This document shows positions 1 through 9,747 of a stretch of DNA of 64,000 nt, one piece after another. The stretch lies in the NCBI GenBank assembly GCA_045615765.1, contig JAZLFM010000054.1, forward strand, positions 38,265-102,264, in the 5' to 3' direction. Every line of letters starts with the position of its first letter. Position 1 is the stretch's first letter. Position numbers and translations under genes: made by a program. Below the pieces are notes generated by a model, which worked only from the letters and a program-made list of their open reading frames with translations, had not been told where the DNA came from and did not search any database. Origin of the DNA: Bacteroidales bacterium. GTDB taxonomy: Bacteria; Bacteroidota; Bacteroidia; Bacteroidales; UBA1715.

Positions 1-2792
1 TAACTGCTAACGATATGGTCTTTAATCATACGCAGCCAGTCAATCTGTTCCTGCGTAAAGCGGTTGCGGTTGCCAGTGTGTTGGCGGAACAGCCATGCAT
101 TAAAATTCTTATCTATCACACTATCGAAAGCCGCCAATGTTTTGTCTATTCCACAAGCGTGGCGCACCAACGATACCAATGCGGTAAGTTCACTTATCGG
201 CTTTTTCGGTATTTTATTCGAACTGCGTTTGGTATCGGCTCTGCCTTCGACAGGCTCAGGCATCGCACTTCTGGTGGCTGAGCCTGTCGAAGCCACTGTT
301 TTTGAGCCTGTCGAAGCCACTGTTTTTGAACTTGTCGAAGCCACCGCACAATAGGCATCCCACACATACGAAGGTGCAAGCAACGGTTTGTCTTGTTTTA
401 TTTTCTCGAGCAACTCCTGCGCCATTTGCAAGGTAAGTTCCCTGCGTCTATATGGTTGGTTATAGAATATGCTCAATGCCATAATTTCGTCTTTGTGCTG
501 CTCCAGATATTCCGTAAACGATTTAATAGTTTCTTTTGCTTTTTCCTGTGTAAAACTATTAAAACCGCTTCGCACCACCGTGTCGATATTCACCGTATCG
601 ATTTTCTGATCGTGCAGGTTGCGAACGGTTACTATATATTCGTTCAATTCGCCATTGAACGTACTGCTGGCAATATTGGCAAGTTTTTCCTGTGCCTTTG
701 CACGAATTTGTTCTTCTATAGCAGGCGTTATTTCCGTTTGTGGAATTTTACGCAATTCCAACTGCGCCTCATCTTCTATCTTGTCGAAATCGAAAGCATT
801 CAACAATTCCGCACTCATTTGTCCCAACCCCTTTCCTTTGGAAAGAAATTCTATTTTCTCGCGCTCCTTTTCCGTTATTTCCTTATTTAGGCGAATCAAT
901 CTGTTTGCTAACGAAACATACAAATCTTCTTCCACAACACCCATAGTAACAGCACCAAGCAAATCCTTCAACGGAACAGTAGGTTTACGTTCCAACGGAC
1001 GGCTATCGGTTTTCTTTGTCTGCGTTACACCAACTGCATCTACAATCACAAAGTGTGTTTTTGCCGAGGCGGTTTTACTCACTAATTGCAACGTATCGCC
1101 ATTTATAGTTCTGGTTCCACGTCCTTTCATCTGTTCAAAATAATTCGCACTGCGAACATCGCGCATAAACAATAGAACCTCAAGAGCCTTAACATCTGTT
1201 CCTGTTGCAATCATATCAACAGTAACAGCAATACGAGGATAATACTGATTACGGAAACGATTCAACACAGATTTTGGATCTTCGTCAATCTTATATGTTA
1301 CCTTTTTACAGAAATCGTTGCTTTCGTTGAATTCTTCACGAACAATATTGATAATATCGTCGGCGTGGCTATCGGTTTTTGCAAAAATCAATGTCTTCGG
1401 GACTTCGTACTGCCCGTTTTCATCGTACCTGTTCGGATATATTTCCTCCATCAAAGCCTTGCGGAATTGCCTGATTACCGTACGAATTTGGCTTGGATTC
1501 ACCACAGATTTATCCAGGTCGTTCTTTTTATATTCAGTATCCTCTTCAACCTGTTGCCAACGAGTCTTACGGGTAGCCTTATCACGATAATCAATATGCC
1601 AACCAGCCTTAATCAAGCCTCCGTTTTTAGATATTTCCGTTTCTATAGTATAAACATCATACGGCACATTCACTCCATCTACCACCGATTGCTCATAAGT
1701 ATATTCACTCACCACATTTTCGTTGAAGAAACCGAATGTCCGCTTATCTGGAGTTGCTGTAAGACCTATCAAAAAAGCATCAAAGTAATCAAGCACTTGT
1801 TTCCAAAGATTGTAAATGCTTCGGTGGCATTCATCTATTACCACAAAATCAAATTGTTCAATTGGAACCTTTGCCGTATATTCCACAGGAACAGCTTTTT
1901 GTTCCTTCAGTTTTTGTTGCAACCAAGTAGATTCATTTGGATTGTCGGATTCTGCACTTTCGTCCAATTCCTCACCTTTCAAAACAGAATACAAACGCTG
2001 AATGGTAGAAATGCACACTTGGCTATCGTTTGCTATATAGCTTGAATTCAAGCGCTGAACATTATACAATTCCGTAAATTTACGATTGTCGTCGTTCGGA
2101 CGGAAATTCATAAATTCCTGTTCTGCCTGTTCTCCTAAATTACGGGTATCGACAAGGAATAATATACGTTTTGCCTTTGCGAATTTCAGTAAACGATAAA
2201 TAAACGTAATTGCCGTAAATGTTTTTCCTGCGCCAGTTGCCATTTGTATCAACGCACGAGGACGATTATTTTTAAACGACTCTTCTAAATTTACAACCGC
2301 TTTAATCTGTGCCGGTCGTAAGCCCGTTTCATCCAATGCGGGAAAATCCTGCAATCTATTACGGAGACTTCTTCCGTTGCGAATCCATTCTGCCATAGTT
2401 TCAGGTTTATGGAAAGCAAACACAGCACGGCTTCGAGGTTTCGGATCGCTATAATCGGTAAAACGAGTAACAGTTCCCGTTGTTTCATATACATACACCA
2501 ACGGCTCGTTGTTTAAATATTTTAGTTTGGCATTTGCATAACGGACAGACTGTTCTTCTACCGTTGTAAGATTTACTCCTTCCTCTTCTCGTTTGGCTTC
2601 AATAATGCCAACAGGTTTTCTGTTTATGAAGAGAACATAATCAGCAGGCCCAGCATCCGTTTGATATTCGCGCACGGCAATACCCAAACCTGCAGAGAAA
2701 TCAATCTTAGCTTTTGATTGAATAACCCAACCTGCTTGTTGAAGCAAATCATCTATAACATCACGTGCAATCTGTTCTGGATTCTGATTCAT
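1..2792 (-). CDS. hsdR: Type I restriction enzyme R subunit (HsdR, EcoEI-like); 3' end runs off the left edge of the window
   Basis: Absent from the ORF track because no stop lies in the window. Hand translation from the ATG (complement of 2790-2792) gives MNQNPEQIARDVIDDLLQQAGW. It shows a PD-(D/E)xK nuclease motif (PADYVLF...IIEAKRE), helicase motif I MATGAGKTF, motif II VIDECHR and motif III LTATP. The C-terminal segment NFNAWLFRQH...FTQEQIDWLRMIKDHI resembles the EcoEI R C-terminal domain. No in-frame stop down to position 1, consistent with no listed minus ORF in this frame. Confidence 0.85.
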   Translation of the reverse strand, partial: MNQNPEQIARDVIDDLLQQAGWVIQSKAKIDFSAGLGIAVREYQTDAGPADYVLFINRKPVGIIEAKREEEGVNLTTVEEQSVRYANAKLKYLNNEPLVYVYETTGTVTRFTDYSDPKPRSRAVFAFHKPETMAEWIRNGRSLRNRLQDFPALDETGLRPAQIKAVVNLEESFKNNRPRALIQMATGAGKTFTAITFIYRLLKFAKAKRILFLVDTRNLGEQAEQEFMNFRPNDDNRKFTELYNVQRLNSSYIANDSQVCISTIQRLYSVLKGEELDESAESDNPNESTWLQQKLKEQKAVPVEYTAKVPIEQFDFVVIDECHRSIYNLWKQVLDYFDAFLIGLTATPDKRTFGFFNENVVSEYTYEQSVVDGVNVPYDVYTIETEISKNGGLIKAGWHIDYRDKATRKTRWQQVEEDTEYKKNDLDKSVVNPSQIRTVIRQFRKALMEEIYPNRYDENGQYEVPKTLIFAKTDSHADDIINIVREEFNESNDFCKKVTYKIDEDPKSVLNRFRNQYYPRIAVTVDMIATGTDVKALEVLLFMRDVRSANYFEQMKGRGTRTINGDTLQLVSKTASAKTHFVIVDAVGVTQTKKTDSRPLERKPTVPLKDLLGAVTMGVVEEDLYVSLANRLIRLNKEITEKEREKIEFLSKGKGLGQMSAELLNAFDFDKIEDEAQLELRKIPQTEITPAIEEQIRAKAQEKLANIASSTFNGELNEYIVTVRNLHDQKIDTVNIDTVVRSGFNSFTQEKAKETIKSFTEYLEQHKDEIMALSIFYNQPYRRRELTLQMAQELLEKIKQDKPLLAPSYVWDAYCAVASTSSKTVASTGSKTVASTGSATRSAMPEPVEGRADTKRSSNKIPKKPISELTALVSLVRHACGIDKTLAAFDSVIDKNFNAWLFRQHTGNRNRFTQEQIDWLRMIKDHIVSS
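280..345 (-). repeat. In-frame 24-bp tandem repeat (2 identical copies plus 1 diverged partial copy) inside hsdR
   Basis: gagcctgtcgaagccactgttttt occurs at 280-303 and again at 304-327, followed by gaacttgtcgaagccac. It encodes the reiterated peptide VASTSSKTVASTGSKTVASTGS. Confidence 0.9.
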
Positions 2793-2877
2793 AAACCGCA
2801 AAATAAACAATGTAAAAATACAATTTATTCTGAAAATCTATAAGAAACTGGACTGTCAATTATGTAAGTGTTATTAA

Positions 2878-2914
2878 CAAAAAAAGCACTTACAAGATAT
2901 GTAAATGCTTTTTT
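2878..2914 (-). terminator. Intrinsic terminator downstream of tRNA-Arg
   Basis: Hairpin gcacttaca/tgtaaatgc (one mismatch) flanked by an A-run and a T-run, immediately 3' of the tRNA on the minus strand. Confidence 0.65.
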
Positions 2915-2917
2915 ATG

Positions 2918-2991
2918 TGATCCGGGCGCGATTCGAACGCGCGACCCACAGCTTAGAAGGCTGTTGCTCTATCCAGCTGAGCTACCGGACC
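2918..2991 (-). tRNA. tRNA-Arg (anticodon TCT)
   Basis: Minus-strand sequence GGTCCGGTAGCTCAGCTGGATAGAGCAACAGCCTTCTAAGCTGTGGGTCGCGCGTTCGAATCGCGCCCGGATCA folds by hand into a 74-nt cloverleaf. Acceptor GGTCCGG/CCGGATC, D stem GCTC/GAGC, anticodon stem ACAGC/GCTGT with loop CTTCTAA, T arm GCGCG-TTCGAAT-CGCGC. No encoded CCA. Confidence 0.92.
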
Positions 2992-3008
2992 TCCATATTT
3001 TGGTTTGG

Positions 3009-3016
3009 CAAAGATA
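3009..3016 (-). promoter_or_regulatory. Bacteroidota -7 promoter box (TATCTTTG) for tRNA-Arg
   Basis: Plus-strand caaagata is TAnnTTTG on the minus strand, about 18 nt upstream of the mature tRNA 5' end. Confidence 0.55.
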
Positions 3017-3074
3017 GCAATTCACAGAATATGACAAAATCTATCTTCGACTTTTTTTTGAAAAATCAACTTTT

Positions 3075-4961
3075 CTATATTTCATCTAGCTTATCCCACC
3101 ATGTTTTCTTCAAAATAGTTACACCTATTGCTATAATTGTAACTGCTATTGCAAATCCAACCCAATTACGAATCACAAGACATATAGGCATTGCTACTAG
3201 AGATGTTTGTGTTATAACGCCCACAGCTACATTTGCCATATCTTTCAAGAATCTATCATTCTTTTTGAATGATGGATTTTCCTGTTGAACCATTTTACAT
3301 ATTGGTTCCCAAAATCCCCATGGACGAACATTTGAATAAAACGACATCAAAGTTTCTTTTTCTGTAGGCTCTGTCATAAAAGTACCCAAAACACAACCGA
3401 TTATTGAAATTACCAATGTAATCGGGAATGCATATAACGAAATTAAACTAGTAGGAATAAATGAGAAGTTTTCTGTAATAACCTCTGGCCATAACAATTG
3501 AATACATCCTATCACAACACCTGAAAGTATGCCTGTCAACATTCCCCAGAAATATCCTTCTCCGTTGAAACGCCACCAGTACCATTTAAGAATATTCGAA
3601 ACCATATAACTTGCATAAAATGCTCCTGTTACAATTTGTAAGATTTCGTTAATATTTTTCAATGTTAAGCCTAAAATCGTACTGAAAACCACCGCACAAG
3701 TACCAACAACATAGTTTATACGACGTTGTTGTTCTGCCGTTGCATTTGGATTTATATGTTTCAAATAAATATCGTTAGAAATATATGCCTGAGCAGCATT
3801 CAATGTTCCTGCAAACGTTGACATAAAAGCTGCTAGAAGTCCAACTAAAAGAAGTCCTAACAAACCTGCAGGAAGGAACTTAACCATTGCTGCTGGTAAG
3901 ATTTGTTCAAAATCTATCATTCCATTTACCGACAAATTTAAGTCGTCGTAGAAAGCTATTGCCAAAATTGCAAAACCCGACACCATAAAATAACGAACAG
4001 GATTCAAAATAACCGATACAGATCCACTCATCTTCAAGGCATCCTGTGGTGTTTTATTTGCTAAAATTTTCTGCATATCGTATGTTGGTGCAGGACCTGC
4101 CATACTAACCAATATACCTTTCATAAACATGAATCCAAAGAATAAACTGAATAACGAATAACCATCTTCTGCAACTTTTGAATTTACTTCATGTAATTTT
4201 CCTGCCCAATCAATATCCAATGTCGAACCAAAGAACGGAGTATTCCATCCTTCTGGAGTTAACGCTTGTAGTGTTTCTGGACTTACATTATACATTGCAA
4301 TAATACCAATAGCGATTGATGCCACCGTCATAATTGTATATTGTACCACATCAGCCCATACTATACTAAGCATACCTCCTAAAATTGTGTAGAATGTTGC
4401 AAAAATGGTAAAGAATATTCCATATACATGTGGAATGTACATTTCAGGAATACAGTCAACCGATAGTCCTAATACAGAGCATACAGATTCCCAAGGAATA
4501 AATAATGTCAAGAATTTACCTAATCCTACAAATCCATACGACAACATCGACAAACCTATCAACAACGCAAAACAAACAACAACCCAATGCGACAACACAC
4601 CTCCTCTACCTTTACCAAATCGGGTTTCTATCCATTCTGCACCTGTCGTTACATTTGAACGGCGTAACCAGGCTGAAAGGAACATCATTAGGAAAATTTG
4701 GTTGAATGTCGGCCACAACCATGGAATCCAAATACTTTTCAAACCATAGACAAACAATAAGGTTACCAACCACATTGTTCCCGATATGTCGAACATTCCG
4801 GATGCATCCGATAATCCCAACATATACCAAGGCATTGAACGACCTCCCAACAAATAAGAGGATTTATCTTTTTGTGCCTGTTTCTTAAAATAAAAACCTA
4901 TGAAAACTAAAACCGCAATGTATAAGAATATCACTGCAAAATCTAAACCGTGTAAAACCAT
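3075..4961 (-). CDS. Sodium:solute symporter family transporter
   Basis: 628-aa polytopic membrane protein. N-terminus LDFAVIFLYIAVLVFIGFYFKK...YLLGGRSMPWYMLGLS is typical of the SSF family. ATG confirmed at 4959-4961. Confidence 0.75.
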   Translation of the reverse strand: MVLHGLDFAVIFLYIAVLVFIGFYFKKQAQKDKSSYLLGGRSMPWYMLGLSDASGMFDISGTMWLVTLLFVYGLKSIWIPWLWPTFNQIFLMMFLSAWLRRSNVTTGAEWIETRFGKGRGGVLSHWVVVCFALLIGLSMLSYGFVGLGKFLTLFIPWESVCSVLGLSVDCIPEMYIPHVYGIFFTIFATFYTILGGMLSIVWADVVQYTIMTVASIAIGIIAMYNVSPETLQALTPEGWNTPFFGSTLDIDWAGKLHEVNSKVAEDGYSLFSLFFGFMFMKGILVSMAGPAPTYDMQKILANKTPQDALKMSGSVSVILNPVRYFMVSGFAILAIAFYDDLNLSVNGMIDFEQILPAAMVKFLPAGLLGLLLVGLLAAFMSTFAGTLNAAQAYISNDIYLKHINPNATAEQQRRINYVVGTCAVVFSTILGLTLKNINEILQIVTGAFYASYMVSNILKWYWWRFNGEGYFWGMLTGILSGVVIGCIQLLWPEVITENFSFIPTSLISLYAFPITLVISIIGCVLGTFMTEPTEKETLMSFYSNVRPWGFWEPICKMVQQENPSFKKNDRFLKDMANVAVGVITQTSLVAMPICLVIRNWVGFAIAVTIIAIGVTILKKTWWDKLDEI

Positions 4962-5002
4962 TATATTTAGTAATTAGACTACAAAAATAGCGTTTTTTTA
5001 TT

Positions 5003-5764
5003 TTATACAAACTTCAACAAGCTCTGTAACAAAAGAACTAATGCCGATATGCATGATAGAACAATAACTGTGTTCTTATAAATCTTTTCATTCAACACCC
5101 GAATCAGCCAAAAACCTATCAAAACACCTACTATCATTGCTGGTGCCATATAGAGGTCTAGCATAAACGAATCTACCGTGATTGTTTTCCAGAAAAAAAT
5201 ATGAACTGGAACTTTTACAACATCTGTTATAAAACAAAACCATACATGTGTATCAACAATTTGTTTTTTAGGAAATCTCTGCAACAAAAACAACGTAGAA
5301 ATCATTGGCCCCGTGGCATTTCCTATCATTGCGGCAAATCCGGCCAAAATGCCAAAGAACATATAACTTATTCCTAACGGATCACGAAACGCCGAATGTT
5401 TTAAATGCTGAATAATGGTAATCGTACAACCAACAATTATCACCAACGCTAGTAAAATGAAAAAACTTTCCTTTTCTTCGCGAAGCACCATTCCAACATA
5501 GCCGCCAATAGCAATTCCTATAAATGCCCACGGCAACGATTTCAATAATGCGAACCAATTTACCTCTGTTCTATTACGAATTGCCGACAAAAAAGAAGCT
5601 GCAAGCGATATCGGCAACAGGAACCCAACAGACTCCTGACCTCCCATACATATCGCCAAAATTGGCACTGTCACACAACTTGCACCTACGATGCCGCCCT
5701 TCCCTATTCCTGTCAATAAAATGCAAATAGTTATGACAACTAAAACTCCTACAGAAAATTCCAT
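5003..5764 (-). CDS. TauE/SafE-family anion exporter-like membrane protein
   Basis: 253 aa and multi-TM, with a G-rich first helix (LLTGIGKGGIVGAS) characteristic of the TauE/SafE family. Confidence 0.6.
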   Translation of the reverse strand: MEFSVGVLVVITICILLTGIGKGGIVGASCVTVPILAICMGGQESVGFLLPISLAASFLSAIRNRTEVNWFALLKSLPWAFIGIAIGGYVGMVLREEKESFFILLALVIIVGCTITIIQHLKHSAFRDPLGISYMFFGILAGFAAMIGNATGPMISTLFLLQRFPKKQIVDTHVWFCFITDVVKVPVHIFFWKTITVDSFMLDLYMAPAMIVGVLIGFWLIRVLNEKIYKNTVIVLSCISALVLLLQSLLKFV

Positions 5765-5833
5765 ACGAATATTTTTAACAAAATTACCAATAAAATTGAG
5801 ACCAATGGCGTATTTTTGCGGAAATAAATAGAT

Positions 5834-6649
5834 ATGACACGATATTTTACACTTTTCGCAAGCATTTTGTTATTTTTTTCTTGTTCAAAGAAAGAATTGG
5901 AAAATGACCTTAAAACCTATGAAGTTCAAGGTAAAGTAAGACAAATACAATATAACGGCAACGAAAATTCTAATGGAAGCACTATCCGCTTTAACACAGA
6001 TGGTTTATTACTATCCGAACGATATGCTGGTAGATTGTTCTCCTATAAATACGATGGAATGTATGCAAACGAATTAAAAGTATTTTTTGGTGATTCATTG
6101 GAAATCAAACGATTATTCTCATACAAAAACAATATGCCTACTGAAATTCGCGAATACGACAAAAAAGGAACTTTGCAAAAAAAGGTAGTGTATAAATACG
6201 ACAAAAAGGGAAACAGAACACAAGGAATAATTCTTACGACTTATAACGACACTCTATCAATGGAAGAATACGAATACGAAGAAGACCTTGTGATAAAGAA
6301 AACACGATATACATACAATGAACATGTAGAACAAGCGAATGAAGAAAACACAAAACAAATTCGTTCACATAAACGTTCATACTCTACAGAATATGTCTAT
6401 ACATATAATCAAAACAAAGAACTAGAAACTTGTACTGAAACTATTGGCGACGAATGTATGTCGAAAATGTACTACAAGGACTTTCATGGTGTATCATTAC
6501 CTATATCTGAAGTATCCTATTGGGGCGGAATCAAAGACTCATCAATTGTAACTTATGGCTTTGACGACAAAGGAAACTGGATATTTAAAAGAACTGTTAA
6601 CAATAATCGTGAGCAACGCCAAGAACGCTCGATATTGTATTATAAATAA
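5834..6649 (+). CDS. Hypothetical lipoprotein with YD-like repeats
   Basis: Signal peptide plus lipobox (LLFFSCSKK). Repeated Y-x-Y-D-x-x-G-N segments (YKYDKKGN, YKYDGMY). Confidence 0.55.
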   Translation: MTRYFTLFASILLFFSCSKKELENDLKTYEVQGKVRQIQYNGNENSNGSTIRFNTDGLLLSERYAGRLFSYKYDGMYANELKVFFGDSLEIKRLFSYKNNMPTEIREYDKKGTLQKKVVYKYDKKGNRTQGIILTTYNDTLSMEEYEYEEDLVIKKTRYTYNEHVEQANEENTKQIRSHKRSYSTEYVYTYNQNKELETCTETIGDECMSKMYYKDFHGVSLPISEVSYWGGIKDSSIVTYGFDDKGNWIFKRTVNNNREQRQERSILYYK

Positions 6650-6820
6650 GCTCTAAATCAACATATATACAAATTGACTGCATTTTATCAAGGAGAAATT
6701 TCTAACTAACTCCTATCGGAATGATAATGCTTTACCCCTTCATTTATTAGCAATTCGCCCATCTTTCTAAGCGAAGCGAAAAATCCTTGATTTCCAATAA
6801 TAATATAATCTCATCACCAT

Positions 6821-6859
6821 AAAAAAAATAAATCCTTGCATCATTCGATACAAGGATTT
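6821..6859 (-). terminator. Intrinsic terminator of the L31 gene
   Basis: Hairpin aaatccttg / caaggattt with a 12-nt loop, followed on the minus strand by a T-run (plus-strand A8 at 6821-6828). Confidence 0.7.
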
Positions 6860-6887
6860 ATCAAATATTATGAAAAACAAATTAAAT

Positions 6888-7157
6888 CTATTTGTTAGCT
6901 GCAACTTTTTCGTAGTGAGCTTTGTATTTATTACGGAATTTATCAACACGACCTGCAGTATCAACAAATTTCATCTTACCTGTGAAGAATGGGTGTGAAT
7001 AACTTGAAATTTCCAATTTTATTACAGGATATTCAACGCCGTCAACTGTAATAGTTTCTTTTGAAGGTGCACAAGAACGAGTGATGAAAACTTGTTCGTT
7101 TGACATATCCTTGAACGCAACTAAGCGATAATTTTCTGGATGGATATCTTTTTTCAT
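6888..7157 (-). CDS. rpmE2: 50S ribosomal protein L31, type B (no CxxC zinc motif)
   Basis: MKKDIHPENYRLVAFKD...SSYSHPFFTGKMKFVDTAGRVDKFRNKY is a near-canonical L31 type B sequence. Confidence 0.92.
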   Translation of the reverse strand: MKKDIHPENYRLVAFKDMSNEQVFITRSCAPSKETITVDGVEYPVIKLEISSYSHPFFTGKMKFVDTAGRVDKFRNKYKAHYEKVAANK

Positions 7158-7196
7158 TGCTTTTGTATTAAATTACTTCCTTATTTTTTCGTGTGG

Positions 7197-7204
7197 CAAA
7201 GATA
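7197..7204 (-). promoter_or_regulatory. -7 promoter box (TATCTTTG) for the L31 gene
   Basis: Plus-strand caaagata about 40 nt upstream of the start codon. Confidence 0.5.
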
Positions 7205-7227
7205 CATAAAATATTTAATCTTCAAAC

Positions 7228-8097
7228 TTATTTTTTTGTTTTCTCTTTTTTCTTCTTTGCTTTTGGTGCTGGAGCCACTTCTTCGTCTTTTTGAGAACCA
7301 AAAATATAAGCTTCTGGATTATCTAAATAGTCTTGTGGATCAACATGTTTGCCTTCTTGACCAAGAATTTCTTCATCTATCATCTTGGTTTCTGCGCGTT
7401 CATATTCATCTTCGTTTACTATTTTTCCTTTATTGTATTCTATTTTTATCTTAACGGAACCATCTTCCTTAAAGTATTGCCATAAACCATCACGTACATT
7501 TTCTGCATATTTTCCATCTATATGGCAAACACCATCTGCAAAGAAGACTTTAAACTCTCCATCAAGTTTATTTTCCTTATAACTAGCTTTTTGACGAATT
7601 TTACCATCTTCATAGAACCAAATCCACTCTCCTTCTTTTAAACTATCTTTCCAGTTTTTTATTTCCATAGGTTGGTTTTCCTGAGTTTGCCAATACACAA
7701 CACTTTTTCCGTGCAATTTTCCGTGATTGTAAGATTCTTCCATTATCACCTTATTGCTTTCACCATAATATTGCCACAACCCGTTTTTCTTTTTTGCATA
7801 ATAAGAACCTTTAGCCGACAATTCACCAGAAGCATCATACATCGTTACTTGAACAGAATTTGTGTCTTTCGTATCATAAATCATTTCATATTTCAATAAT
7901 CCATTTTCATGATACTTTTTCAATGTACCTACAGGCGTATTATTTTTGAAATAGCCTTCCATCTTTATGTTTCCGTTTGGATATTTCACCAACCATTTTC
8001 CCTGTTTCTTACCGTTGGCATCCATATAATTTAATTGTTGCCCATTTACTGCAAAAGCAGCAACAATCATCATAACTAGAACTGCTATTTTCTTCAT
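7228..8097 (-). CDS. MORN-repeat (YwqK-like) secreted protein with a Lys-rich tail
   Basis: Signal peptide. Reiterated G-x-W-x-x-Y-Y/F-x-x-G repeats (GKWLVKYPNG, GLWQYYGE, GEWIWFYEDG, GLWQYFKEDG). C-terminus KAKKKKEKTKK. Confidence 0.7.
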   Translation of the reverse strand: MKKIAVLVMMIVAAFAVNGQQLNYMDANGKKQGKWLVKYPNGNIKMEGYFKNNTPVGTLKKYHENGLLKYEMIYDTKDTNSVQVTMYDASGELSAKGSYYAKKKNGLWQYYGESNKVIMEESYNHGKLHGKSVVYWQTQENQPMEIKNWKDSLKEGEWIWFYEDGKIRQKASYKENKLDGEFKVFFADGVCHIDGKYAENVRDGLWQYFKEDGSVKIKIEYNKGKIVNEDEYERAETKMIDEEILGQEGKHVDPQDYLDNPEAYIFGSQKDEEVAPAPKAKKKKEKTKK

Positions 8098-8108
8098 GTT
8101 AACCTATT

Positions 8109-9662
8109 TTAATAAATTATTTCTTCGTGATCGGGAGTTTCAAATCTATATTCCATGAAAGAATTTTCATTCGATTCTACAACTTTCACACCAAAACCAT
8201 ATTTACGTTTCCATTGAAATTCAATAGAAAACAATCCTTTCTTTATATGGGAAGCTATATATGGATGAGTCTTAATAATTACATTCTTATGATTTGTGTT
8301 TTGCATAACACACGAAAGTTCATTCTCAATTTCTTGTACAAAATTTATACTTGGCGAAATTGTTCCTGTTCCTTTACAAGACGGACACACTTCATTAGTG
8401 TTTATCTTTTGTTCCGGACGAACTCTCTGACGAGTTATCTGCATCAGACCAAATTTCGATAAAGGCAAAATATTATGTTTTGCTCTATCGTCGGCCATAG
8501 CTTCTTTCATTGTTTCATATAAAAGCGTCTTGTTATCGTTCTCTTTCATATCAATGAAATCCACAATAACAATTCCTCCCAAATCACGCAAACGAATCTG
8601 ACGGGCTATTTCCAATGCAGAAGCGATATTCACTTCTATTGCATTTCCTTCCTGGTCTTTACCTGCTTTGGTTCTATTTCCACTATTTACATCTATTACA
8701 TGTAATGCCTCTGTTTTCTCAATTATGAGATACGCACCACTTTTTACTGGTACAGTCTTTCCAAAAGAACTTTTTATCTGGCGTTCTATACCATATTGTT
8801 CGTAAATAGGAGGACCTGCGCTATACAACTTTACATTTTTCTCATTTTCAGGAGAAATACTTGCGATATAACTTTTTACCTCTTCGAATAATTCTGGTGT
8901 ATCTACAACTATTTCCGAAAACGAAGGATTATAAACATCACGCAACAACGACGAAACTCTATCAACTTCACGTTGTACGAGATAAGGAGTTTTATTTCGA
9001 ACCTCTTTAACTTTTACTAAAACAGCACTCCATTTTTTTGTCAAGTCAGAGATTTCTTTTTCCATTGTCTCCACATCACATCCTGCAGCTGCAGTTCTAA
9101 TAATTGCACCATAGTTGTTAGGGAGCAAATTTTTAGTGATTTTTCGAAGTCTATTTCTTTCCTCGGAAGACTCTATTTTTTGAGAAATGGAAATTTTATT
9201 TGAAAACGGGAGCAATATGATATTTCTGCCCGCTAATGATATTTCTGCTGTAAGTTTTGGACCTTTTGTTGAGATTGGTTCTTTGGCAACTTGAACCAGA
9301 ATCAACTCATTTAATTGAAACAAATCTGTTACAACACCATTTTTATCTATTTCTGGTTCTAAAGCAATTGTTTCAAAAGCGTCATTAGGCCTGCCGTCTG
9401 CTACATTTTTCAAATAGCCATGAAACGATTCAAATTGTGGGCCTAAATCATTGTAGTGAAGAAATGCTGCATGTTCGTAACCTACATTTACGAATATGGC
9501 ATTAAGAGAAGGCATTATTTTTTTTACCTTGGCAAGATATATGTCACCAACTGCAAAATTGCATTCATTATTACTTGAAACAACTTCAAGCAACTTTGAA
9601 TTTTCCAATAATGCTATATCTACGGACTTTTCTCTTCCTCGAATAACTATTTCCTTACTCAC
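8109..9662 (-). CDS. rng: Rne/Rng-family ribonuclease (RNase G-like)
   Basis: 517 aa. N-terminal S1-like segment (GDIYLAKVKKIMPSLNAIFVNVG). Catalytic-core motifs AYLIIEKTEALHVIDVNSG and GGIVIVDFIDM. Confidence 0.88.
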   Translation of the reverse strand: MSKEIVIRGREKSVDIALLENSKLLEVVSSNNECNFAVGDIYLAKVKKIMPSLNAIFVNVGYEHAAFLHYNDLGPQFESFHGYLKNVADGRPNDAFETIALEPEIDKNGVVTDLFQLNELILVQVAKEPISTKGPKLTAEISLAGRNIILLPFSNKISISQKIESSEERNRLRKITKNLLPNNYGAIIRTAAAGCDVETMEKEISDLTKKWSAVLVKVKEVRNKTPYLVQREVDRVSSLLRDVYNPSFSEIVVDTPELFEEVKSYIASISPENEKNVKLYSAGPPIYEQYGIERQIKSSFGKTVPVKSGAYLIIEKTEALHVIDVNSGNRTKAGKDQEGNAIEVNIASALEIARQIRLRDLGGIVIVDFIDMKENDNKTLLYETMKEAMADDRAKHNILPLSKFGLMQITRQRVRPEQKINTNEVCPSCKGTGTISPSINFVQEIENELSCVMQNTNHKNVIIKTHPYIASHIKKGLFSIEFQWKRKYGFGVKVVESNENSFMEYRFETPDHEEIIY

Positions 9663-9678
9663 GACTTATGTATTAAAA

Positions 9679-9709
9679 GAAATCCATTATTGAATCAATA
9701 ATGGATTTC
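9679..9709 (-). terminator. Perfect 15-bp-arm palindrome; probable terminator between the HU/bS22 unit and the RNase G gene
   Basis: gaaatccattattga-a-tcaataatggatttc, followed on the minus strand by TTTT. It lies in the 85-nt gap upstream of rng. Confidence 0.6.
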
Positions 9710-9747
9710 TAGAATGTAAAAAACTTAAGAATTTAGAAACAATTCAA

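Noticed and set aside
393-2045. Several plus-strand ORFs in the track (393-890, 619-1143, 1318-1590, 1365-2045, 1816-2001)
   Set aside because: They lie antisense to the long open hsdR frame, have low-complexity hydrophobic or odd compositions, and carry no recognisable motifs. They are shadow ORFs of an AT-rich coding region.
6888-7157. Zinc-starvation (Zur-regulated) paralogue interpretation of the type B L31 gene, given the ZIP transporter elsewhere in the window
   Set aside because: Type B L31 is, to my knowledge, the standard single copy in Bacteroidota. I saw no palindromic Zur-like operator upstream, and the ZIP gene is 40 kb away.
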